Below are positions 18,325 to 27,745 of a stretch of DNA of 32,000 nt, in pieces; the first letter of the stretch is position 1; each line of letters begins with the position of its first letter. A program made the translations under genes and the position numbers. Source of the stretch: Raphidiopsis brookii D9. Lineage in GTDB: Bacteria > Cyanobacteriota > Cyanobacteriia > Cyanobacteriales > Nostocaceae. Under the pieces are notes generated by a model. The model was not told where the DNA came from and did not search any database. It was given only the letters and a program-made list of their open reading frames with translations. Location: assembly GCA_000175855.1 (NCBI GenBank), contig ACYB01000046.1:1-32000 (forward strand), given 5' to 3'.

Positions 18325-21300
18325 ATGAATTATCCCACCCCCCAACACACAGTCAGTCCCTCTCAGACAAAATTGAACAATTACGTTCCCACTGTCAAAT
18401 TAATATACTCCCATCCTGGGTGTGTTGGCGAGGTGACTTAGAAATTACCGATGTGATGCAATCAAACTTCCTCCATTGGCAACCCATACAGTTAAATGAC
18501 AAACAACAGGTGGTTTGGAATCAAGGAAAGCACATACTCTGGCTAGGACAAAAGTTCACTGTCCCAGAAAGCTTATATGATTATCCTTTAAGTGGTTTAT
18601 GTGCACGCTTATCTCTAACTTGGTGGGCAGATGCGGTTGAGGTTTATCTCAATGGTAATTTACTGTCAACAGGTGATTTATTTGATTGTTCTCCACGGTT
18701 GCTTTTAAGTCAAGGGGTAAAATCAAAAGATGAGTTTTTTATTGTATTGCGGTTGGTAAGTCCTGAACATTGTGATGGAGCTTTGATGCACTCCCAGATG
18801 ATTTTTGAATCCCGGATTGGGGATGATATAGATCCGGGTCTTATAGCTAATGAGTTGGCGATCGCCCAAACTAGGGGAAAAAATCTTTCATCAACGGAGT
18901 GGAATAGACTAGTAACAGAAATAGAAGAGTTAATAAATTTTAGCCGTGGTATAAAAACACAAGCAGAATGGAAGAGCTTGCTAGAAAAGATTCGTCAAAC
19001 TTATTTGGGAATAGACCAGTTAACAAGTATTAAGAATAATAAACTATTCTTATTGGGTCATGCCCATTTGGACTTAGCATGGCTATGGCCAGTCCAGGAA
19101 ACTTGGAAAGTAGCACAAAACACTTTTGAGTCCGTGTTAAAATTACAAACGGAATTTTCTGAGTTAATTTTTTGTCATACCACACCAGCTTTATATGCTT
19201 GGATGGAGGAACACCAGTCTTGGTTATTTACTCAAATTCAGACCCAGGTAAAATTAGGAAAATGGGAAGTGTTAGGTGGTTTTTGGGTAGAACCGGATTT
19301 GAATTTGATTTCGGGGGAATCAATAGTTAGACAACTGTTATATGGTCAGCTTTATTTTCTAGAGAAATTTGGAAAAATATCACCCATAGTGTGGGTTCCT
19401 GATACTTTCGGTTTCTGTGGAACTTTGCCTGGTTTTCTCAACCAAGCAGGGATTGAATTTTTTGTCACCCAAAAGCTCCGCTGGAATGATACCAGTCAAT
19501 TTAATTATGATTTATTTTGGTGGCAATCTCCCGATGGCAGTCAAATATTAAGTTACATGTCACCACCCATTGGAGAAACTATAGATCCAGTCAAAATGAC
19601 CGATTATCTATCTACATGGGAAAGTAAAACCGGTTTAGCAAATGCTCTTTGGTTACCCGGTGTGGGAGACCATGGTGGGGGACCGACTCGTGATATGTTA
19701 GAACTGGCAAGAAGATGGAAGAATTCCCCTATTTTCCCAGAAACAGAATTTTCCACCGCCGAAAATTATTGCCAATATCTCAAATCTTCTGTGGCAATTC
19801 TTCCTGAGAAATTGCCAGTATGGCAAGATGAATTATATCTACAATTTCATCGAGGATGCTATACCACCCATGCAGACCAGAAAAGATGGAATCGTCAATG
19901 TGAAAATCTCTTATATCAAGCAGAATTATTCTCCACCCTTGCTACTGCTATTTATGGTTTACCCTATCCCAAAACAGAACTAGAAACCGCTTGGAAAAAG
20001 GTTTTGTTTCACCAGTTCCATGACATTTTACCCGGTTCTTCCATTACCCAGGTTTACCAGGATGCTTTACCAGAATGGCAAGAAGTTCAACGGTTAGGAT
20101 CTACTCTCCTAGATAGATCTCTAAGAGCGATCGCCTGTAATATAAATTTGCCTGAACCTCCCCAACTTGACAGCATTCCGGTAATTATCTTCAACTCACT
20201 CAATTGGGAGCGTTCGGAAGTGGTTAAGATCAAACCTCCCCATGCTCAACATTGGTTAATTCACGACCTCGATGGTAATCAGCTACCATATCAAATAACC
20301 AGGGATGGTTTATTGTTTATTCCTACTATCCCTTCCATAGGATATCAAATATATTGGCTTTCTCCCGGGGATGTGGACGAAAACAAATGTGGGCAAGAGT
20401 CTTATTTAGAATTTTGTCTAGAAAATGAATATTTACTAGTTAGGGTCAATGTACAAACGGGAGATCTAGAAAGTGTATTTGACAAAATCCAATTGCGAGA
20501 AGTCCTGAAAGGAGCAGGAAACCAGCTACAAGCATTTGCGGATAAAGGACAATACTGGGATGCTTGGAATATTGACCCAGATTATCAATCTAAACCTCTA
20601 CCACCTGCTAAATTACAGTCGATTGAATGGTTAGAAAAGGGTATTATCCAACAAAGGTTGCGAGTTGTACGTCAAATTGGCAAGTCCCAATTTACCCAAG
20701 ATTATGTTTTACAAACCAATTGCCCAATCCTCAAAATTGAGAATAGTGTAAATTGGCAAGAAGATCAAGTATTGGTGAAAACCTCTTTTCTCTTAAATCT
20801 CCACAGCGACATTGCTACCTATGAAATACCCTGTGGGGTCATCCATCGTCCTACTCATCCCCATACACCATCACAACGGGCAAAATGGGAAGTACCCGCT
20901 TTAAAATGGGCAGATTTGACAGCAGATACAAATACTGGAAACTACGGTGTAAGTTTACTAAATGACTGTAAATATGGATATGACATCAAGGGTAATGAAA
21001 TGCGGTTGACTTTATTAAGAAGTCCGCACTGGCCAGACCCTCAAGCAGATCGGGGAGAACATCAGTTTAATTATGCTTTATATCCCCATACCGGTAGTTG
21101 GCAAGCAGCAGAAACCGTCAGAAGGGCATATAATTTCAATATACCATTAAATGTGCTTCTCAATCCTGAAACTAAAAAGTCACCATCACCAGTTTTTAAA
21201 AACAACAGCTTCCTCGCACTAACAGCAGATAATTTGATTATCACAGCTTTTAAAGTCAGCGAAAATGATCCACAAAGCTTTATTCTAAGATTTTATGAGT

Positions 21301-21461
21301 GTCATGGTGAATCCTCAAACTTACCAACCCTAAATTTAAAAAGTGAATTTTTTACCTTGGGCAACCCGCTTGATTTATTAGAAAGAAATATCCTTCCCAC
21401 TGTCAACCCAATTGCACCCTGGAAAATCAGCACCTTTCAGGTTCTAACCCAGGAAAGGTAA
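18325..21461 (+). CDS. Alpha-mannosidase, glycoside hydrolase family 38. The called ORF starts at GTG 18420; coding potential extends upstream
   Basis: GH38 motifs LGHAHLDLAWLWPVQETWKVAQNTF and WVPDTFGFCGTLPGFLNQAGIEFFVTQKLRWNDTSQFNYDLFWWQSPDGSQI, PGVGDHGGGPTRDML, FHQFHDILPGSSI. Upstream of 18420 the same frame reads SLSDKIEQLRSHCQINILPSWVCWRGDLE. Confidence 0.88.
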
Positions 21462-21482
21462 AAGTAAACTTGCCTCAGTAGA

Positions 21483-21500
21483 AAGGGGGTAACCCCCCTT
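21483..21500. terminator. Hairpin between convergent alpha-mannosidase and psbN genes (possible bidirectional terminator)
   Basis: AAGGGGG-TAAC-CCCCCTT perfect 7-bp stem with a 4-nt loop. No long U-tract follows, so termination is an inference. Confidence 0.5.
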
Positions 21501-21513
21501 ATTGATTGTGCTT

Positions 21514-21651
21514 CTAATCCTCATGATCCTCAAAAGGATCTGCTAGTTCCTTACTGGGTGGACCGAAGGATGTGTATATGGCCATAGCAGTGATAGCAAC
21601 GAGAATGGCACTGAAGGAAACACCTAGCACTAAACCGGGGTCTAAGTCCAT
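21514..21651 (-). CDS. psbN: Photosystem II-associated protein PsbN
   Basis: Reverse-complement reading from the CAT at 21649-21651 gives [45 protein letters not shown], with the typical PsbN C-terminus ([16 protein letters not shown]). Located next to divergent psbH. Absent from the supplied ORF track because it is short. Confidence 0.93.
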   Translation of the reverse strand: MDLDPGLVLGVSFSAILVAITAMAIYTSFGPPSKELADPFEDHED

Positions 21652-21898
21652 GATTTTAAAGTTATGTTATGAGATATGTTATAATATATTACAAAACTTA
21701 ACTCTAGTTAAACCTCAATTACAAAACTTTCAGTTTTCCTGCAGAACAGTCAACTACCTGACCCGGATAGTGGTATTATCTTCAATAGTCAGAATTATCC
21801 CACATGTAAGGTTAAAATACTGCTGAAATATTGCAGCACCCTACAACGGGGAATAGGAAAATTAAAAAAAAGTTTTGGCAACTGATCTTAGGTGAACT

Positions 21899-22102
21899 AT
21901 GGCACAACGGACTAAATTGGGAGATATCCTCAGACCCTTAAACGCTGAATATGGTAAGGTAGCTCCTGGTTGGGGTACAACTCCTTTAATGGCTGTTTTT
22001 ATGGGTTTGTTTTTCGTATTCTTGCTTATTATTCTGCAGGTCTACAACAAATCTTTGTTAATTCAAGACGTGCTTGTAGACTGGCGCAGTTTGGGTGGTT
22101 AA
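21899..22102 (+). CDS. psbH: Photosystem II reaction center protein H
   Basis: [66 protein letters not shown] is a canonical cyanobacterial PsbH. Confidence 0.97.
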   Translation: MAQRTKLGDILRPLNAEYGKVAPGWGTTPLMAVFMGLFFVFLLIILQVYNKSLLIQDVLVDWRSLGG

Positions 22103-22252
22103 TTTCTATCCCTGTCAATCAAAAACTTAGGTTGAAATTTCCGTCTCCGTTTACCGCTTGAGTAGAGGGGACGGATTCCTTGCATTTTTGCTGCTCCAAA
22201 AATGATCGTCAAAGTACAAGCAGTTTTATAGCTAATCTGTTAGTGAGGTTTT

Positions 22253-22504
22253 ATGAATATATTTGGTATTGGTCTACCGGAAATGGTTGTGATTGGGGTG
22301 GTGGCTTTGTTAATTTTTGGACCCAAGAAACTACCGGAAATTGGTCGCAGTTTGGCTAAAACTATTCGTAGTTTCCAACAAGCTTCTAGTGAGTTTCAAA
22401 ATGAGTTTAAAAAAGAAGTTCAACAACTGGAGGAGACTATTAAGACCACTGCTGAAATTGAACCGAAACAAATAGAGTCTAGTAAAGAGCAGAAACATTC
22501 CTAA
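22253..22504 (+). CDS. tatA: Twin-arginine translocase subunit TatA/E family
   Basis: MNIFGIGLPEMVVIGVVALLIFGPKKLPEIGRSLAKTIRSFQQ: TM helix plus FGPKKLPE hinge and amphipathic helix. Confidence 0.92.
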   Translation: MNIFGIGLPEMVVIGVVALLIFGPKKLPEIGRSLAKTIRSFQQASSEFQNEFKKEVQQLEETIKTTAEIEPKQIESSKEQKHS

Positions 22505-22511
22505 TAATCGG

Positions 22512-23153
22512 ATGACAGAAATTATTACCCTACCTACTTTGGTTATCCCCCAGCTCATAGTTGGGTTGGGTAATCCTGATCCTAAGTATGACCAAACACG
22601 CCATAATATTGGATTTGCTGCTATTGATGCTCTTTCCCGTAATTGGCATATTCCCGTAACGGAAAATAGGAAGTTTCAAGGACAGTTTGGGGAGGGTTTA
22701 GCGCTGGGAAGTAAGAAAATTAGGATTTTGAAACCGCTAACCTATATGAATCGTTCTGGTGAATCTATTCAAGCAGTTACCAGTTGGTACAAGTTGCCAC
22801 CTGAATCAGTGCTGGTAATTTATGATGATATGGATTTGCCTTTGGGAAAGACCCGTCTTCGTTTATCTGGATCCGCTGGTGGACACAATGGTATGAAAAG
22901 CACTATTTCTCATTTGAATAGTCAAAACTTTCCCCGGTTACGTATTGGTATTGGTAAACCCAAGAATCTACCCAATAATTCCAATAATGATGATGGTGGT
23001 ACGGTTTCTCATGTTTTGGGAAAGTTTTCCCCCCAGGAAGCAAAATTAATTGATCCGATTTTGGCATTTGTGGTGGAATGTGTGGAATTGACCTTGAAGC
23101 AAGGGGTGGAAAAGGCCATGAACCGTTGTAATAGCTGGAATGGTGTACTTTGA
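22512..23153 (+). CDS. pth: Peptidyl-tRNA hydrolase
   Basis: LIVGLGNPDPKYDQTRHNIGFAAIDAL, LKPLTYMNRSGESI, VIYDDMDLPLGKTRLRLSGSAGGHNGMKSTISHL. Confidence 0.95.
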   Translation: MTEIITLPTLVIPQLIVGLGNPDPKYDQTRHNIGFAAIDALSRNWHIPVTENRKFQGQFGEGLALGSKKIRILKPLTYMNRSGESIQAVTSWYKLPPESVLVIYDDMDLPLGKTRLRLSGSAGGHNGMKSTISHLNSQNFPRLRIGIGKPKNLPNNSNNDDGGTVSHVLGKFSPQEAKLIDPILAFVVECVELTLKQGVEKAMNRCNSWNGVL

Positions 23154-24391
23154 AATTGTCGTCACTACAAATTGTGGTTGTTGGAGGTGGAGCAGCGGGA
23201 TTCTTTGGTGCGATCGCCTGTGCTAAGACCAATTCTCAAGCTCAAGTCACACTTTTGGAAGCGGGTTCGGAACCTCTAGCTAAGGTACTGATTTCCGGTG
23301 GTGGACGTTGTAATGTGACAAACGCCTGTTTTGTTCCTCAAGATTTAGTCCAAAATTATCCAAGAGGGAGTAAAGCGTTACGTGGTGCTTTTAGTCGGTT
23401 TCAACCCCAGGACACAATCGCTTGGTTTGAGGAACATGGGGTGAAATTAAAGACTGAAGCAGATGGAAGGGTTTTTCCTATTACTGACCGATCTGAAACT
23501 ATTGCTGAATGCTTAATTAAGTTCGCAGCTCATGAGGGGGTAAGACTAAAAACTCGCACTTCCGTGATTTCTGTAGAGCGTCAGGATGGACAATTTAAAA
23601 AATTAAATTGCAAATCAGCTGGGGATGTGTATTCTCTGTATTGCGATCGCCTGCTTTTAGCTACAGGTAGTAGTTTAGTTGGTTATAAGATTGCTCGTGC
23701 TTTAGGACACCATATAGAGAGTCCAGTACCTTCCCTATTCAGTTTTAAAATTAACGATCCTAAACTACAGTCTTTGTCTGGAATTAGTGTTAATCCTGTC
23801 AGTTTAACGTTGTCTTTAGAGGGAAAAAGTGTCTTAAAACAAATGGGAGCCTTACTAGTTACCCATTGGGGTGTGAGTGGACCTGCAATATTAAAACTTT
23901 CCGCTTATGGTGCTAGATTGCTGTACGAAAAACGCTACCAGGGGAAATTGTACATTAATTGGTTGCCAGATTTATCCCTAGAGGAAGTAAAACAAAAGCT
24001 TTTAGATGTGAAACAAGAATGGGGGAAAAAGGCCATAGCACTCCATCGTGGTGTAGATTTACCTCACCGACTATGGCAATATTTAATTGACCGAGTAAAT
24101 ATTAGTGTGGAAGATCGTTGGGCAGAAATAAATAATAAAGTGTTAAATCAGTTGGCACAAGAAATCCATGGAGGAGAATATGTAATAACCGGTAAAGGTG
24201 AATTTAAAGAGGAGTTTGTCACCTGCGGAGGTGTAGACTTAAAAGAGGTAGATTTTAAAACCATGGAAAGTAAGATAGTCCCCGGTTTATACTTTGCAGG
24301 AGAAATTTTGGATATAGATGGCATTACGGGGGGATTTAATTTTCAAAGCGCTTGGACTACTGCATATTTAGCTGGATGTGCAATGGGATGA
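23150..24391 (+). CDS. NAD(P)/FAD-dependent oxidoreductase, HI0933/BaiN-type flavoprotein
   Basis: Rossmann GGGAAGFFGAIACAK, KVLISGGGRCNVTNACF, LLLATGSSLVGY, GEILDIDGITGGFNFQSAWTTAYLAG. TTG start overlaps the pth TGA. Confidence 0.9.
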   Translation: MKLSSLQIVVVGGGAAGFFGAIACAKTNSQAQVTLLEAGSEPLAKVLISGGGRCNVTNACFVPQDLVQNYPRGSKALRGAFSRFQPQDTIAWFEEHGVKLKTEADGRVFPITDRSETIAECLIKFAAHEGVRLKTRTSVISVERQDGQFKKLNCKSAGDVYSLYCDRLLLATGSSLVGYKIARALGHHIESPVPSLFSFKINDPKLQSLSGISVNPVSLTLSLEGKSVLKQMGALLVTHWGVSGPAILKLSAYGARLLYEKRYQGKLYINWLPDLSLEEVKQKLLDVKQEWGKKAIALHRGVDLPHRLWQYLIDRVNISVEDRWAEINNKVLNQLAQEIHGGEYVITGKGEFKEEFVTCGGVDLKEVDFKTMESKIVPGLYFAGEILDIDGITGGFNFQSAWTTAYLAGCAMG

Positions 24392-24443
24392 GTTATAATA
24401 GCAGGTAATTATTAACAAGGCAATAAAATAACAGCTGTCAAAT

Positions 24444-25499
24444 ATGATATCTTTCAGCCAAGTTGTGGATAAACTCCAAAACAATATCACATCCCACAGT
24501 TTGACCTCCCATCCAGAACTCAATCCTGAAATTAGGGGAGTTGCTGCTATAGACGAAGCACAAGCGGGTACTATCACTTATGTGGAAGGACCAAAATTTG
24601 CCTCCTTGCTCACCTCCACAAAAGCTAGTGTGTTGATTTTACCCCTAGATGAAAAATTGCATCAGCAAGCAACTGCTCAAGGTATGGCCTGGTTAGCAAC
24701 ACCCCAACCCCGTCTATTATTTGCACAGACCATTTCCCTATTCTATCAACCATATAAACCCTCCCCCTCCATTCACCCCACCGCTGTAATTGACCCTAGT
24801 GTTAAAATCGGTGATCATGTCTATATTGGCGCCCATGTGGTCATACTTGCTAATACAGAAATCGGTAATGGGGTCTTTATTTATCCCAATGTAGTTATTT
24901 ATCCAGACGCAAAAATAGGCGATCGCACGGTTTTACATGCCAATTGTGCCATTCATGAACGCAGTCAAATTGGTACGGATTGCGTAATCCATAGTGGTAC
25001 TGTGATTGGTGCTGAAGGGTTTGGTTTTGTTCCCACTACAACAGGCTGGTTAAAAATGGAACAGTCTGGTTATACAGTGTTGGAGGATGGGGTAGAAATA
25101 GGTTGTAACAGCGCGGTAGATCGTCCAGCGGTCGGGGAAACACGTATTGGTAAACACACTAAAATTGACAATTTAGTGCAAATTGGTCACGGTTGTCAAA
25201 TTGGTTCAGGTTGTGCTATCGCTGGTCAAGCAGGAATGGCTGGGGGTGTAAAAGTGGGGAACCGGGTCGTTTTAGCAGGACAAACGGGAATTGCCAATCA
25301 GGTAAAAATAGGGGATGGAGTAATTGTTAGCGCCCAAGCTGGCGTTCACGGCGATATTGCATCGGGAGAAATAGTCTCAGGTTCACCCGCTCTCCCTCAT
25401 AAACTCTATTTAAAGGTCTCTGCTGTATATAGTAGGTTGCCAGAGATATATAATTTTTTTAAGCAGTTATCAAAAAATCCAGGAGAACATAAAAACTAA
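24444..25499 (+). CDS. lpxD: UDP-3-O-(3-hydroxymyristoyl)glucosamine N-acyltransferase
   Basis: N-terminal LpxD domain and left-handed beta-helix hexapeptide repeats (IHPTAVIDPSVKIGDHVYIGAHVVI...VIHSGTVIGAEGFGFV...NTAVDRP-like CNSAVDRPAVGETRIGKHTKIDNLVQIGHGCQIG). Confidence 0.93.
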   Translation: MISFSQVVDKLQNNITSHSLTSHPELNPEIRGVAAIDEAQAGTITYVEGPKFASLLTSTKASVLILPLDEKLHQQATAQGMAWLATPQPRLLFAQTISLFYQPYKPSPSIHPTAVIDPSVKIGDHVYIGAHVVILANTEIGNGVFIYPNVVIYPDAKIGDRTVLHANCAIHERSQIGTDCVIHSGTVIGAEGFGFVPTTTGWLKMEQSGYTVLEDGVEIGCNSAVDRPAVGETRIGKHTKIDNLVQIGHGCQIGSGCAIAGQAGMAGGVKVGNRVVLAGQTGIANQVKIGDGVIVSAQAGVHGDIASGEIVSGSPALPHKLYLKVSAVYSRLPEIYNFFKQLSKNPGEHKN

Positions 25500-25620
25500 G
25501 CCTGTTCGAAAACATTATCAGAGCGGTCTAAAACCTCCCTTGTCCCGGTGTAGAATAATCCGCACAACTTTAAATGGACGGGGGTGACTGTAAGACTAAT
25601 TTGAACAGTCACTCAGGCTT
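25498..25620. repeat. Intergenic inverted-repeat element between convergent lpxD and FKBP genes
   Basis: Outer AAGCCTG (starts within the lpxD stop region, about 25499-25505) pairs with CAGGCTT (25614-25620); inner GTGACTGT (25584-25591) pairs with ACAGTCAC (25605-25612). Confidence 0.5.
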
Positions 25621-25631
25621 CATCACTGTGG

Positions 25632-26186
25632 TTAATCCACTCCTAACAACTCCACATCAAAAATTAGGGTGGCATTGGGTGGAATTACCCCACCCGCACC
25701 ACGGGATCCATAACCTAAATCTGGGGGAATAATTAGTTGACGACGACCACCTACTTTCATGGTACTTAGTCCTTCATCCCACCCTTTAATTACTTGTCCA
25801 ACCCCTAGTTTAAAGCTAAAAGGTTGATTGCGATCGCGTGAACTGTCAAATTTCTGACCATTCTCCAAAGTACCAGTATAATGAACTACTACTTTTTGTC
25901 CCTTTTGGGGCACCAAACCAGTACCTTCTTGTAATTCAACATACTGAAGACCGGTAGAAGTAGTGACAGTGTTAGTATCAGACATATTGTTACTCGCAGT
26001 TAAATTTTTATCTTTTTGATTATTTTCTTGGTCTTGGGTTTTGCTTTCTGTAATGATAGCTGTGGTTGTAGTTTCCGTGAGTTTGGTTGTGGTATCTTGT
26101 TTACCACCATTAATTTGTGCTATGACCAAAGCTGCAACACATACTATTATCAATACAGCACTAAGAAAAATGCCTTTCAAAATCAA
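25632..26186 (-). CDS. FKBP-type peptidyl-prolyl cis-trans isomerase, membrane-anchored or exported
   Basis: N-terminal hydrophobic segment and FKBP core: [88 protein letters not shown]. Confidence 0.95.
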   Translation of the reverse strand: MILKGIFLSAVLIIVCVAALVIAQINGGKQDTTTKLTETTTTAIITESKTQDQENNQKDKNLTASNNMSDTNTVTTSTGLQYVELQEGTGLVPQKGQKVVVHYTGTLENGQKFDSSRDRNQPFSFKLGVGQVIKGWDEGLSTMKVGGRRQLIIPPDLGYGSRGAGGVIPPNATLIFDVELLGVD

Positions 26187-26193
26187 CCCTCCC

Positions 26194-26517
26194 TTAACGC
26201 CAAAATTTATTTTCCAAATCCCGTATTTGACGTTCTAAACGGTCAATTCTCCCGCGTAATTCGTCAACTTCGGACTGGCGCGGAACTCCAAAATCCTGCA
26301 TCATGTTACGCAGTTGTCTTTGAACTTGTCCTTCCCAGTTCCCCTGTTCTGATTTCAATTGGTTAACAATATCATCCATTAATGTCCCCACCTGTTCAGG
26401 ATTGAGTTTTCCATCCCTGACCAGTTCATCCCCAACCTGTTTAAGTTTATCTGCTACTAGGGAAGTTGTACCTATTCCCACCATCATCAGTTGTTCTAAC
26501 CAGTTGTTGTTTTCCAT
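26194..26517 (-). CDS. Phasin-like / PHA-granule-associated-type small coiled-coil protein
   Basis: [50 protein letters not shown]...[20 protein letters not shown]: poly(hydroxyalkanoate) granule-associated/phasin-like architecture. Confidence 0.65.
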   Translation of the reverse strand: MENNNWLEQLMMVGIGTTSLVADKLKQVGDELVRDGKLNPEQVGTLMDDIVNQLKSEQGNWEGQVQRQLRNMMQDFGVPRQSEVDELRGRIDRLERQIRDLENKFWR

Positions 26518-26663
26518 ATATGTCTTTAGCTTTTAGGGGAAGGAGGCGAACCAGAACGCCCACCTAGCTCTATTATATATGCCCTAGACTTATCTTTCTT
26601 ATATTCATCAAATAATCGGCAACAAGTGAATGGTATATTTGTCCTGGTAATTATAATAATTAC

Positions 26664-26698
26664 TTATTACCTATCACCTATTGCCAATTACTTATGTA
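26664..26698. repeat. Degenerate heptameric tandem repeat (STRR-like) downstream of atpG
   Basis: ttattac ctatcac ctattgc caattac ttatgta. Confidence 0.6.
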
Positions 26699-26706
26699 GG
26701 TGCTTA

Positions 26707-27655
26707 TTAGCCAAGTGCTTCCGCACCACCGACAACTTCCAGGAGTTCCTGGGTAATTGCTGCTTGACGGGCTTTATTGTAAGAAAGAGTGAGGGAACTG
26801 ATGAGTTGACCAGCATTATCACTGGCATTGCTCATTGCTGTCATTCTTGCTGCTAGTTCACTAGCTGCGGATTCTTGTAAAGCTCTTAACAGCTGATTGC
26901 TCAGATATAAAGGTAACAGGGAATCTAAAATTTGTACAGGGTCTTGCTCAAAAATCATATCCCGGGGTAGGGGTGCTACTGTGCTGGTAACTTTTTCCCG
27001 TTCTACCTCAAATTTGCCCCCACGAGTTGTTAGTCGGAATATCTCGTCATCGGAGGTTTCAAAACCTTGAGTATCCAAGGGTAACAGGGTTTGGACTACC
27101 GGACGGGAACTGACTAAAGAAACAAAACGAGTGTAAACTAATTCGATTCTGTCTACCTTTTCTGATAAAAACAGAGAAAGTAACTCGTCAGCTATATTTG
27201 TAGCCTCGGTAGCAGTGGGAATTTGTTCTAGACCGCTGTAGGTGGCATCGATTTTGTAACCCCGTCGTTGGAAGTATTGATTAGCTTTACGACCTACAAT
27301 AACAAAGGTAACATCCAAACCCTCAGCTTTTAATTCCTTGGCTCGGTTTTCTGCTCGTCGGATGACGTTGGAATTGTAACCACCACATAGCCCTCTATCA
27401 CCGGAAACTACTAATAAACCAACAGACTTTACTTCCCGTTTTTTCAGTAGAGGTAGATCTACATCCTCAAATTTTAACCGAGTTTGTAAACCATACAACA
27501 CTTGTGCTAAACGGTCAGCAAAGGGACGAGTGGCAATTACCTGTTCCTGGGCACGACGCACCCTAGCCGCAGCTACTAGCCGCATAGCTTCGGTGATTTT
27601 TTTTGGTGTTCTTGACCGACTGAATGCGATCGCGTATTGCTTTAAGATTAGCCAT
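26707..27655 (-). CDS. atpG: ATP synthase gamma subunit, with an apparent 1-nt frameshift near the N-terminus
   Basis: The called ORF starts at [13 protein letters not shown] (27585). Upstream, from the CAT at 27653-27655, the minus strand reads [19 protein letters not shown], then the frame breaks in an A8 run (T8 at 27597-27604 on the plus strand). A7 would give [17 protein letters not shown], the conserved gamma N-terminus. Confidence 0.93.
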
Positions 27656-27703
27656 AATTTAGTCCTTAGTCATTAGTTCTTGGTTATTGATGATTAGTTT
27701 TGG

Positions 27704-27738
27704 GAATTACCAATCACCAATCACCAATTACCGATTAC
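27704..27738. repeat. Degenerate heptameric tandem repeat (STRR-like) between atpG and atpA
   Basis: gaattac caatcac caatcac caattac cgattac. Confidence 0.8.
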
Positions 27739-27745
27739 ACTGCGA

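Noticed and set aside
21572-21826. Plus-strand 84-aa ORF across psbN and its upstream region
   Set aside because: It is antisense to psbN and runs through non-coding leader; its composition does not look protein-like.
22903-23232. Minus-strand 109-aa ORF opposite pth/BaiN
   Set aside because: His/Pro-rich shadow ORF opposite two confidently assigned genes.
25505-25514. GTTCGAAAAC resembling a tRNA T-arm
   Set aside because: No acceptor, D or anticodon arms could be assembled around it, so no tRNA call was made.
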